NCBI GenBank assembly: GCA_052168235.1 | Contig: JBQLZK010000038.1 | Span: 46,818 to 70,559, forward strand | Reading direction: 5' to 3' | Source: Thainema sp. | GTDB taxonomy: Bacteria; Cyanobacteriota; Cyanobacteriia; Phormidesmidales; Phormidesmidaceae | Length of the DNA: 23,742 nt | Part shown: piece by piece, positions 15,736 through 23,742 of the stretch | Position numbering within the stretch: the first letter of the stretch is position 1 | How the letters are laid out: each line of letters opens with the position of its first letter | The notes under the pieces: generated by a model | The model's input: the letters and a program-made list of their open reading frames with translations, nothing else | What the model was told of the DNA's origin: nothing | The model's database searches: none | Made by a program: the position numbers and the translations under genes

Positions 15736-18252
15736 GTGCCTATGGCCCTGCCACCCCTTGACGATGTATTGCGATCGCTACAGCAGACGCGGCTGGTGTT
15801 TTTTCCGATTCGTCACCACAGTCCGGCCTGTGCATGGCACGTTCAGCAGTGGATTCAGGCCAATCAGCCTGCCGCTATTTTGATTGAAGCGCCTGCCGAT
15901 GCGACGGATTTAATTCCGCTACTGCTGCATCCTGAAACGCAAACACCAGTGGCGCTGTATACGACTTACGTGGATCACGACGGTCATTTACCAGCAATTG
16001 GCACTGACGCAGATACCGAAGTTGATAATCCAAGCATTCTAACCCCTCCAGATCCAAAGCAGGCTGAACCCCTGCGGTTTGCGGGCTACTATCCCTTTTG
16101 TGACTACTCGCCGGAATTGGTAGCGCTGCGGGCAGGGGCAGCGGTTGGAGCGAAGCTGCAATTTATTGATTTGCCCTATCCGCAAAAAGTAATTGCTACC
16201 CAGATTCAAACCGACCCAGAAGCCGCACTGAGGCTCCGTGCATTACAGCAAGAGCATCACCTCCAGCAGAGTGCTTACTTGTCAGCCTTGGCTCAAAAAA
16301 CGGGTTGTCGTGACTTCAATGAGCTGTGGGATCATCTGTTTGAAGCTCACGCCCAGTCAACGCCCACGGCTGACTTTATGCAGCAGATTGCCACCTACTG
16401 CTATCTCGCCCGACAGGATGCTGACTCAGCCACGCTAGAGGCAGAGGGCACGCTGGCTCGTGAAGCGGCGATGGCCCAAGCTATTGCCAAAGCTCTGACG
16501 GCAGTAGATGGGGTAATCCTGGTCGTCACTGGGGGATTTCATACCGTCGTCCTGCCATCGCTGATTGACGAGCCGCCAGCGGTTTCGCCAGCTCCCAAGC
16601 TATCAGCGGATTCAGCCCAAACTGTCTTGATGCGCTACAGCTTCGAACAGCTCGATGCCCTCAACGGCTACGCTTCCGGTATGCCTGCTCCGGCCTACTA
16701 CCAGCAGCTTTGGCAACACATGCAGGCCACTGAAGGTAACGCGCTGAGTCAAACGGCCTGCGAAATTCTGATTCAACTGCGATCGCTAACTCGGTACCAG
16801 AAACCGCTAGTACCACTCTCGGTGGCCGACGAAATTGCAGCAGTGGAGCAGGCGCAGCGGCTAGCTCAGTTTCGCCTGCATCCCGGCCCGACGCGCGAAG
16901 ACTTGCTAGATGCGGTGCGTAGCTGCTTTGTCAAAGGGGCAATGGATGGCGAGGGGGCAATGCTAATGACGGCTGTGGCGCAGTCGCTGCGGGGCGACCG
17001 GATTGGCGATTTACCCGCTCATGCAGGTGTGCCGCCCTTGGTGGAAGACTTTCGCCGCTTAGCCAAACAACTGCGGCTCAAGCTCAGCTCGACATCGACT
17101 AAATCACTCACCCTGGATATCTACCGGAAAGAGAAGCACCGTCAGCTCAGCCGCTTTCTGCACAGCCTGAACTTTGCCAAAATTCCGTTTGCTCACTTCA
17201 CGAAAGGGCCGGACTTTGTCCTCGGTCGAAAGCTGAACCAAATTCAGGAGCACTGGCACTATCAGTGGCAGCCCCAAACCGAAAGCGCGCTGATTGAACA
17301 GTCACTCTATGGCTCAACGGTGGCAGAAGTGATGCTGTATCACCTGCGTCAGCGAATTGCTGAGCTAGCCGATGAAGGCCAAGCTCGATCTGCGATCGCA
17401 GCCGTGCAGTTACTAATGGCGGCCTGCCGGATGGGATTGCAAACCCAGACTGAGCAGCTACTGGCGCTGATTGCTGAACACACTGCCGCCGATCCGTCGG
17501 TGGTGTCGCTGGCGCAGGCAATGGGGCAACTGCTGCTGCTGTGGCAGTCGCGGGAACCCCTGGCGGCGCAATCGCTGGAAACCGTGCCCCAACTGGCGAC
17601 AGTGGCCTATCAGCGTTTATGCTATCTGGTGCCGCACCTGAGCGACTATCCACTGGAAGAAGCACCGCCGCTGCTGGGGGCACTCAACGGGGTCTGGGAA
17701 ATGCTGAATCGCGCTCAAGCAGATTTAGACCCAGAGCTATTTATTACGGGTCTGCTGGACTTGCTGACCACGCAGGGCAACCCCGTTGTCCTCGGTGGAG
17801 CGGTTGGGGTGCTCTACAGTGCAGGCCGCATGGAAACCGGGGAACTCGTCACCCTAGCCGCTGGCTATCTTGACCATGCAGCAGTGGAGCCAGCGCGGGG
17901 CGTTGGCTTCCTGCGGGGACTGCTGCACACTTGCCGCGAGGTGACGTGGCAGGTGCCCGACCTAATTGCGGCAATTAATGCGCGGCTAGAATGCTGGAAT
18001 GAAGATGAATTCTTGAGTGTACTGCCGGAGCTGCGGCTGGCTTTTGCCGATTTGGCACCGCGTGAAACTGATAAAGTGGCTGCGATCGCAGCTCGGCTAT
18101 ATGGGCGGGCTGATTTGGGATCTTTAGTTCATGCCACTGTTGGCGAGGCTGATCTGCACAAGGGGTTAAAGCGAGAGCAACAGGTTCGGCAGGCATTAGC
18201 TCAAGATGGCTTACTCAACTGGCTGGTTAGCACGGGAGAAACGCATGACTGA
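15736..18252 (+). CDS. yehM: DUF5682-family protein (YehM-like)
   Basis: PIRHHSPACA...ILIEAP.DA...YYPFCDYSPELVAL...FIDLP...LWDHLFE...REAAMA...VVTGGFHT...LD.LNGYASGMP.P.Y...SRFLH...LPELRLAF..L.PRE. Start may be GTG 15736 or ATG 15742. Confidence 0.85.
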   Translation: MPMALPPLDDVLRSLQQTRLVFFPIRHHSPACAWHVQQWIQANQPAAILIEAPADATDLIPLLLHPETQTPVALYTTYVDHDGHLPAIGTDADTEVDNPSILTPPDPKQAEPLRFAGYYPFCDYSPELVALRAGAAVGAKLQFIDLPYPQKVIATQIQTDPEAALRLRALQQEHHLQQSAYLSALAQKTGCRDFNELWDHLFEAHAQSTPTADFMQQIATYCYLARQDADSATLEAEGTLAREAAMAQAIAKALTAVDGVILVVTGGFHTVVLPSLIDEPPAVSPAPKLSADSAQTVLMRYSFEQLDALNGYASGMPAPAYYQQLWQHMQATEGNALSQTACEILIQLRSLTRYQKPLVPLSVADEIAAVEQAQRLAQFRLHPGPTREDLLDAVRSCFVKGAMDGEGAMLMTAVAQSLRGDRIGDLPAHAGVPPLVEDFRRLAKQLRLKLSSTSTKSLTLDIYRKEKHRQLSRFLHSLNFAKIPFAHFTKGPDFVLGRKLNQIQEHWHYQWQPQTESALIEQSLYGSTVAEVMLYHLRQRIAELADEGQARSAIAAVQLLMAACRMGLQTQTEQLLALIAEHTAADPSVVSLAQAMGQLLLLWQSREPLAAQSLETVPQLATVAYQRLCYLVPHLSDYPLEEAPPLLGALNGVWEMLNRAQADLDPELFITGLLDLLTTQGNPVVLGGAVGVLYSAGRMETGELVTLAAGYLDHAAVEPARGVGFLRGLLHTCREVTWQVPDLIAAINARLECWNEDEFLSVLPELRLAFADLAPRETDKVAAIAARLYGRADLGSLVHATVGEADLHKGLKREQQVRQALAQDGLLNWLVSTGETHD

Positions 18253-19399
18253 AATTGATCCGGTAATTCGTTGGCGACATGTTCTGGGCCGCTTTGCTGA
18301 GGCTCAGCTACCCTGTCAGATGAACGCTACCCAGCAGCGGATAGAGCAGGCGCTGGAGTTTCTCTATGGCCAAGAATACAGTGGACGGGGTGTGCGAGGT
18401 GCATCGGGAGCGAAGGATTCCAACACCGATAAGCAAGCTGGTAGCCTAGACCCAAGCCAGCTCAACGTGCCGACCTGGATCACGGAAATTCGCGAACTGT
18501 TCCCCCAGGAAACGGTTGAAATCATTGAAAAACACGCACTTGACCGCTACGGCATGACCGAACTTGTCACCGATCCGACCACGCTGGAAAAGCTAGAAGC
18601 CAATATGGATCTGCTCAAGGCGGTACTGACGTTTCGCTCTCAAATGCAGGGGCAAGAGGTGCTACAGGCGGCGCGACGGATTGTGCGGCAGGTCGTAGAA
18701 GACATTCGGCAACGACTGGAAAACGACATTCGCCAGAGCCTGCTCGGTCGGCTGAATCGCTTTCAGCATAGTCCGCTTAAGGTTGCTCAAAACCTGGACT
18801 GGCGAGGTACACTGCGCCACAACCTGAAGCACTACGACCGCGATCGCAGTCAGATTGTGGTGCAGACCGTCAAGTTTTTCTCGCGGATTGAGCGTCGTCT
18901 GCCTTGGCACGTTATTCTCTGCATTGACCAGAGCGGCAGCATGGCGGATTCCGTGATTCACAGCGCCGTCATGGGCGGTATTCTAGCGGGCTTGCCGTCG
19001 CTTCAAGTCAGCTTTGTAGTGTTCGATACGTCCGTGGTGGATTTGACCGATCATGCCGACGATCCAGTGGAACTGCTGATGAGCGTTCAGCTTGGCGGCG
19101 GTACCAACATTGGTCAGGCAATTGGCTATTGCCAAACACTCGTACACAATCCCCTGCGCACCGTCCTAGTTTTAATCAGCGACTTTGCTGAAGGTGCTTC
19201 TCCCCAGATCCTACTAACTCGCTGCCAACAGCTTCATGAAGCAGGCGTGATGCTGCTGGGACTAGCCTCTTTGGAAGATAGCCAAGCGACGGCGTTTTAT
19301 GATGTCGGCATGGCGGAACAGTTGGCCGCTCGCGGTATGGAAATTGCTGCTCTCACCCCTCGGAGGTTGGCCGAATGGTTAGCACAGAAAATCGCCTAG
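18245..19399 (+). CDS. yehP: VWA-domain (CoxE-like) protein, YehP-like
   Basis: RWRHVLG N-terminus; W..EIRELFP.E..EIIE..A; MIDAS CIDQSGSM, QLGGGTNI, LISDFAEG. Start taken at ATG 18245, overlapping the yehM stop (ATGACTGA), with GGGAG RBS. Confidence 0.88.
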   Translation: MTEIDPVIRWRHVLGRFAEAQLPCQMNATQQRIEQALEFLYGQEYSGRGVRGASGAKDSNTDKQAGSLDPSQLNVPTWITEIRELFPQETVEIIEKHALDRYGMTELVTDPTTLEKLEANMDLLKAVLTFRSQMQGQEVLQAARRIVRQVVEDIRQRLENDIRQSLLGRLNRFQHSPLKVAQNLDWRGTLRHNLKHYDRDRSQIVVQTVKFFSRIERRLPWHVILCIDQSGSMADSVIHSAVMGGILAGLPSLQVSFVVFDTSVVDLTDHADDPVELLMSVQLGGGTNIGQAIGYCQTLVHNPLRTVLVLISDFAEGASPQILLTRCQQLHEAGVMLLGLASLEDSQATAFYDVGMAEQLAARGMEIAALTPRRLAEWLAQKIA

Positions 19400-21462
19400 T
19401 GGACTACCTGGCTCAGATTCAGCCGCAACTGCTGACGCTGGATGATGATACGCTGGCTGCTGCTAGTAGCAAAGGCTTGGTGCGTCGGGCTTACAAGGAA
19501 TTATCAAAACTGGCTGCTCCGGAGCTACAGGTTGACGACACGAACCTGCAATTTACCGCCGATGACTGTACTGTAACCCTTTCTACCAGCGATTTACTCA
19601 ATGCCACCTGTACCTGTCCAGCCGCCGATACCTGTCGCCATATTCTAGTCGCCTATCTCTGGTTGCGATCGCAACTTCAAGACCAAAATCCTACCGCCAC
19701 CTCAACTCCTGAATCCATTAATTCACAATCAACTCAACCCCTAACCTACACGCTAGAAGACCTGATCACCTGGTCAGGCAAACCGACGCTGCGGGATGCC
19801 TTTGCGTTTGTGCAGCGAGAACCCCATCAGATTGAGGGCCAAGACCCAATTGTCGCTCGCTTTAACAATGCCAACATCACCTGTCGCCACTTCTCCGCTA
19901 CCGGATTGGCCGGGATGCTCTGTTCCTGCAAACCGCGCCAGGTCTGTCTGCATCAGGCTGCTGCTGTGTTGGCGATACTACGCAGCCAGGGCACTGTTCT
20001 ATCCCTACCAGACACATCCTCTGACTCGGATGATACTGTAGTTGCAGCCGAAGCACCGCAGGTAATTGCCAGTGCTCAAACTCTACTGGAAAGCATCGTG
20101 GCGCTAGGACTACTGCACCTTTCCGATATCAGCCATCAGCAATTTGTCACACTAGCCGTGTCAGCTCAAGCTGCCCACCTGCCGCGCCTTTCTCTAGCGC
20201 TGCGCGGCATTGCCACTGAGATCGAGCTACAGCTCAAGCGCGATGCCGAGGCCGATTGCGATCGCTGGTTTGAACGAATGTCCCGTACCTATGCTCTCTG
20301 TGCCGCTCTCCAGCAGGCCGCTCCTAACTACCCGATTTACTTAGCAGGTCAGTCTCAGAGCCGCTATGACGATGCGGGTACGCTGCATCTGATTGGCCTG
20401 GGAGCCTATCCCTGGCAAAGTCAGTCTGGCTATGGTGGCCTCACCATCATCTTTTGGGACACCGCAGCGCAGCAGTGGTGTAGCTGGTCAGACTCGCGAC
20501 CGCTGTTTCATCAGCAGAGCTTCAATCCCAGACGCATCTACCAGCAGTCCGGCCCCTGGGACGGCATTGCTAATCCCGCCGAAGCGTCCCAAAGCTACCT
20601 CCAGCTTTACAACGCCCGACGCAACTACCAGCAGCGGCTTTCAACCTCCAGCCAAACCACTGGCACAGCGATCAGACCGACCTCTGCCGCCGATTGGCAG
20701 TCTATTCGCTGCTGTTTTCAAGACTGGAATACACTGCGGCAGCACATTGCCCGTACTTCACCCATTGGCTTGACCGAAGCCTCGCCGCTCGACCGCCTAG
20801 CCATCATTCAGCCCCAGCACTGGGGCGCTCGCCAGTTTGATCCAGTGCAGCAGCTCTTTACCTGGGTTTTATGGGATCAGCAGGATCAGCCGCTGATTCT
20901 GCGGGTGCGCTTTGCCTCAGATGCATCGGCAGTAGTCGAGCTACTGGAACAGCTTGATGCTACACAAGAAGATGGTTCCGGCATTCTGGGGTCTATCTAT
21001 CTGGAAAAAGACCAGATTTTCTGCCACCCGATCGCACTTTGTCGTCAGACCGATGCCGGAAAGCCCACCATTCTCAATCTGCACTTTCCGTCCCAGCAGC
21101 AGACCGCTGCTAAAAGCGCTGAGAAGGCTGAAAAGACTGAAAGTTCAGATGCACAGCCAAATGCGATCGCAACCGATGCAACCGAACTAGTCCCCGCATC
21201 AGCCGATGAAGAGACGAATCCAATCGCCGCCGATCCAGCCATTGATTTCCTGATCATCGCTCTACAGCGCCTCGCTGAACGGGGACAGCATGCGTTCAAT
21301 CTAGATCACAATCGGGAATTACTTCAGTCAGCCCGTCATTTTGAAAAAGTAGGCATGGTCACCCTGGCTGTCGCAATTCAGACATTGATACAGTCTCCCC
21401 ATAAATCGGCAGCTCACCTCTTAAAGCTGCGCTATCTCTGCTCTCTTTACCAAAACAGTTGA
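19375..21462 (+). CDS. yehQ: SWIM zinc-finger protein with two SWIM motifs, YehQ-like
   Basis: L.TLDDDTLAAASSKGLVRRAYKEL; CTCPAADTCRH (19609-19641) and CSCKPRQVCLH (19921-19953); L.LIGLGA.PW. Alternative start GTG 19399 overlapping the yehP stop. Confidence 0.83.
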   Translation: MVSTENRLVDYLAQIQPQLLTLDDDTLAAASSKGLVRRAYKELSKLAAPELQVDDTNLQFTADDCTVTLSTSDLLNATCTCPAADTCRHILVAYLWLRSQLQDQNPTATSTPESINSQSTQPLTYTLEDLITWSGKPTLRDAFAFVQREPHQIEGQDPIVARFNNANITCRHFSATGLAGMLCSCKPRQVCLHQAAAVLAILRSQGTVLSLPDTSSDSDDTVVAAEAPQVIASAQTLLESIVALGLLHLSDISHQQFVTLAVSAQAAHLPRLSLALRGIATEIELQLKRDAEADCDRWFERMSRTYALCAALQQAAPNYPIYLAGQSQSRYDDAGTLHLIGLGAYPWQSQSGYGGLTIIFWDTAAQQWCSWSDSRPLFHQQSFNPRRIYQQSGPWDGIANPAEASQSYLQLYNARRNYQQRLSTSSQTTGTAIRPTSAADWQSIRCCFQDWNTLRQHIARTSPIGLTEASPLDRLAIIQPQHWGARQFDPVQQLFTWVLWDQQDQPLILRVRFASDASAVVELLEQLDATQEDGSGILGSIYLEKDQIFCHPIALCRQTDAGKPTILNLHFPSQQQTAAKSAEKAEKTESSDAQPNAIATDATELVPASADEETNPIAADPAIDFLIIALQRLAERGQHAFNLDHNRELLQSARHFEKVGMVTLAVAIQTLIQSPHKSAAHLLKLRYLCSLYQNS

Positions 21463-21485
21463 CAACCGTCTTTGGCTGCGATCGC

Positions 21486-21541
21486 ATTTTACGCACCATA
21501 TTTTACACATTACATGTTGCGCACCACATTTCGCGCATCGC
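21486..21541. repeat. Degenerate tandem 14-mer x4 starting right after a HIP1 site
   Basis: ATTTTACGCACCAT / ATTTTACACATTAC / ATGTTGCGCACCAC / ATTTCGCGCATCGC. Confidence 0.55.
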
Positions 21542-21669
21542 ACTTTCTCAGCACATTACCTGGGGGATATTGTCTTTTGTCATCAAAACATGACATTCTA
21601 TGAGTACATTTTGCGTGTTACTCATGCTGAGCGTGCGAAGTGGTAGTCCAAAGTAGCAAAATTGGCCAG

Positions 21670-22263
21670 ATGAAAACTCGGAAAGAGCTTGCGAACTATC
21701 AAGGTGCAAAAAACTTATCCCGTCCAAGTCCCAAGCGTTATCACTTACCCTTGAACAGTTTACGGTTCTCAAAATGGCTGTATCGTCCTGCCTATCAACC
21801 GCGTTTTACGCCTCAGTCCATCCTGCTATCGTATTTCTGTAGCTTTATTGGCATTGCTCTCTTGGCTTATCTCACGGCTTATACCGGATATCCACTTATC
21901 GCAGCCCCGTTTGGGGCAACAGCAGTGCTGGTCTTTGCGGTTCCCGATAGTCCGTTGGCTCAGCCTCGCAATGTCGTAGGAGGGTGCGTAATTGGTGCAG
22001 TGGTCTGCGTGACTTGCGTCAGCTTATTTGGTTCTGCACCGTGGGTGATGGCCCTAGCAGTTGCCACTGCGATTAAGTTAATGCAATTGACCCACACCCT
22101 ACATCCTCCAGGAGGAGCAGTAGCGCTGGTGGGGGTAATGAGCAATGCCACCTGGGACTTTATCGTTGTTCCGGTGCTGAGCGGAGCCATTTTGATGGTG
22201 GCTTGCACCGCTATCTTTGGGAGTTTAATGCCTGATCGTCGGTATCCCAAGCACTGGCTTTAG
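21670..22263 (+). CDS. HPP-family membrane protein
   Basis: LIAAPFGATAVLVFAVPDSPLAQPRNVVGG and TLHPPGGAVAL signatures, several TM helices, C-terminal RRYPKHWL. Start uncertain (GTG 21640 or ATG 21670). Confidence 0.92.
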   Translation: MKTRKELANYQGAKNLSRPSPKRYHLPLNSLRFSKWLYRPAYQPRFTPQSILLSYFCSFIGIALLAYLTAYTGYPLIAAPFGATAVLVFAVPDSPLAQPRNVVGGCVIGAVVCVTCVSLFGSAPWVMALAVATAIKLMQLTHTLHPPGGAVALVGVMSNATWDFIVVPVLSGAILMVACTAIFGSLMPDRRYPKHWL

Positions 22264-22315
22264 TGGCCGTCTGGGAATTAGCCTTATCCGTTTAGTACTG
22301 AGTGCTGAAGTTGTT

Positions 22316-22411
22316 TATAGCCATAGTCATATTGATTGAGACGTTTTTGTGGCACAGCTTTGCCGCGCCACAAAAACGTTCGTGTCTTAATTAAAGCTAG
22401 CTACAGCTATA
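22316..22411. mobile_element. ~96-bp MITE/REP-like palindromic element bounded by TATAGC...GCTATA
   Basis: Ends TATAGC 22316-22321 and GCTATA 22406-22411, with loosely complementary subterminal arms. Internal perfect 13-bp stem ACGTTTTTGTGGC / GCCACAAAAACGT (22341-22379). Confidence 0.6.
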
Positions 22412-22421
22412 ACCAGCAAAC

Positions 22422-22439
22422 TTGTAACGTTGACTACAA
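22422..22439. promoter_or_regulatory. NtcA-box-like palindrome TTGTA-N8-TACAA
   Basis: TT-GTA-ACGTTGAC-TAC-AA matches the NtcA consensus GTA-N8-TAC with preferred flanks, about 105 bp upstream of the next gene. Confidence 0.6.
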
Positions 22440-22543
22440 CTACGACTTGTGGAGTATCTGCCTACATCTCCTGTGGGAGAGGCTAACAACGGTTACGCTA
22501 CCTAAGCTAAGAAGCAGTTATTCAGGCTTTCTAGGAGGCTGTT

Positions 22544-22969
22544 GTGAATTTGCTTCGCTCGATTCGGCACATGGTGATTGCCCTATCACTCGCTTTGTTA
22601 GTGTTTACAACTGCTTGTAGCAGTAGCAGCGTTCAATCTAAATCGCCTGCTTCACTGCCCACTGGTGCCTATGCCCAGATCGAACGAGGAGATACAACTT
22701 CTGGCCAAAACTTTGGCAACTGGGTAGTACAAACTGCAAGCGGTTTAGTTTCGGATGCCTACGTTCGCGACAACGATAAGCTAGGTGTTGTCATCTCGCC
22801 ACAAGTTGCACCCAGAGACGTTAAGACACTTGCCAAGTCACTATTGCAGGGTTTTCAGAAGAATTTCCCCCATCGTGATTTGACGGTACTCGTCTATGCT
22901 CCCGATAAGGAGCTGATTTTGACGGCTAAGTATAACGATAGTACTCGCATGATTGAGTACAACTCGTAA
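22544..22969 (+). CDS. Hypothetical lipoprotein
   Basis: AGGAGG RBS, GTG start, lipoprotein signal (ALSLALLVFTTAC) and a globular C-terminal part (DAYVRDNDKLGVVISP...NFP.RDLTVLVYAPDK). Confidence 0.8.
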   Translation: MNLLRSIRHMVIALSLALLVFTTACSSSSVQSKSPASLPTGAYAQIERGDTTSGQNFGNWVVQTASGLVSDAYVRDNDKLGVVISPQVAPRDVKTLAKSLLQGFQKNFPHRDLTVLVYAPDKELILTAKYNDSTRMIEYNS

Positions 22970-23068
22970 ATTCATTGGCTTAACTTCCAAAAACGAATCT
23001 TTCAAGAATTCAAATCGAGAATTCAAAAACTTCATTAACTAAAACGGTAAAAAAGGAGACTTCCCATC

Positions 23069-23587
23069 ATGTCTAGCAGTGACCGTTATAAGCGCGAGAT
23101 TATGCAAGATCTGGCTGGCGGTAATGTTGAGTCAATTGACTCCGGATCGACTCAACCCGAAGCTGAGTATGCAAACTTTGATGACTTTGCTCAGCGGTCG
23201 TCGCGGGATCAGCGCAAGCAGCTATTTGGCCGAGCATTTCATCCTGAGCGAATTCCAGCCAATCAGATGGAGCCGGAACTGAGAAGCGCGATCGCAAAAA
23301 TTAAGCCTAATGAACGGGATGATGTTGCCCATGACTTTTTCAAGCATTTGAAGAAGCGGGGTTTGAGCGAGCGGGATCTAGAACAGCAGCTTGGTCTTTC
23401 GACCCACCATTCTCGCCGCATGAACGAGGATGATGTCACAAAACTGGCGGCCTTTACTTATCACAGCCACCCTGACATTTTCCAAGAGGTACTTGCCGAT
23501 CAGCCAGCGCTGGTTAAGTTCTTCAGCAATCCGCTGGTTGGAGCCGCACTAGGTGCGATCGCAAGTCGCTGGTTCAGCCATCGCTAA
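23069..23587 (+). CDS. Hypothetical protein
   Basis: AAGGAG RBS, 172-aa ORF, followed by an intrinsic terminator. No family recognised. Confidence 0.8.
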   Translation: MSSSDRYKREIMQDLAGGNVESIDSGSTQPEAEYANFDDFAQRSSRDQRKQLFGRAFHPERIPANQMEPELRSAIAKIKPNERDDVAHDFFKHLKKRGLSERDLEQQLGLSTHHSRRMNEDDVTKLAAFTYHSHPDIFQEVLADQPALVKFFSNPLVGAALGAIASRWFSHR

Positions 23588-23628
23588 GCTACCAGCGCAC
23601 GGATTTCATAGCTCTCTAGATTGAAATC

Positions 23629-23660
23629 AAAGCCCCTTAGCAAAACTAAGGGGCTTTTTT
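23629..23660 (+). terminator. Rho-independent terminator
   Basis: AAAGCCCCTTAG-caaaa-CTAAGGGGCTTT followed by additional Ts. Confidence 0.88.
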
Positions 23661-23742
23661 GATGCGTGTATAATGCTGATCCAACAACTATAGCGGTTCT
23701 CATTCGAATGAGGTACAGTAGCAGTCGTTTATGAACCAGTTG

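Larger units (their letters stand above)
127..23562. repeat. Dispersed HIP1 octamers (GCGATCGC), more than 30 copies
   Basis: Read directly, e.g. at about 127, 630, 2359, 5572, 8607, 12420, 15771, 18082, 21478 and 23555. HIP1 over-representation is a cyanobacterial hallmark. Confidence 0.95.

Noticed and set aside
18224..19385. Same 10-mer TGGTTAGCAC at both the yehM/yehP and yehP/yehQ junctions
   Set aside because: A single 10-bp match inside coding sequence is compatible with chance; no further structure.
1098..23297. Numerous 60-160 aa ORFs nested in or antisense to the long genes
   Set aside because: Shadow ORFs of well-supported CDSs with no family motifs.

Overview
Cyanobacterial chromosomal DNA: more than 30 HIP1 (GCGATCGC) octamers, an AMIN-type TonB-dependent receptor, an NtcA-like box and cyanobacteria-style palindromic repeats. 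Left part: a two-Cys MerR-family regulator with a MerR-type promoter, an orphan multi-PAS histidine kinase, an exported DUF3386-like protein, a DUF167 protein and a Fur/AraC-type ferric-siderophore uptake module (AraC, IutA/SchT-like receptor, periplasmic binding protein). Centre (10092-21462): a complete five-gene YehI/L/M/P/Q-like module of unknown function (DUF4132/HEAT protein, MoxR-type AAA+ ATPase, DUF5682 protein, VWA protein, double-SWIM protein), split into two divergent units. Its large DUF4132 gene has a sharply AT-rich central segment. The divergent intergenic region holds a nested miniature element whose empty-site version is present elsewhere in the window. Right part: an HPP-family membrane protein and two hypothetical genes behind an NtcA-like box. 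No rRNA, tRNA, CRISPR array or transposase gene was seen. All family calls come from motif recognition, not database searches.
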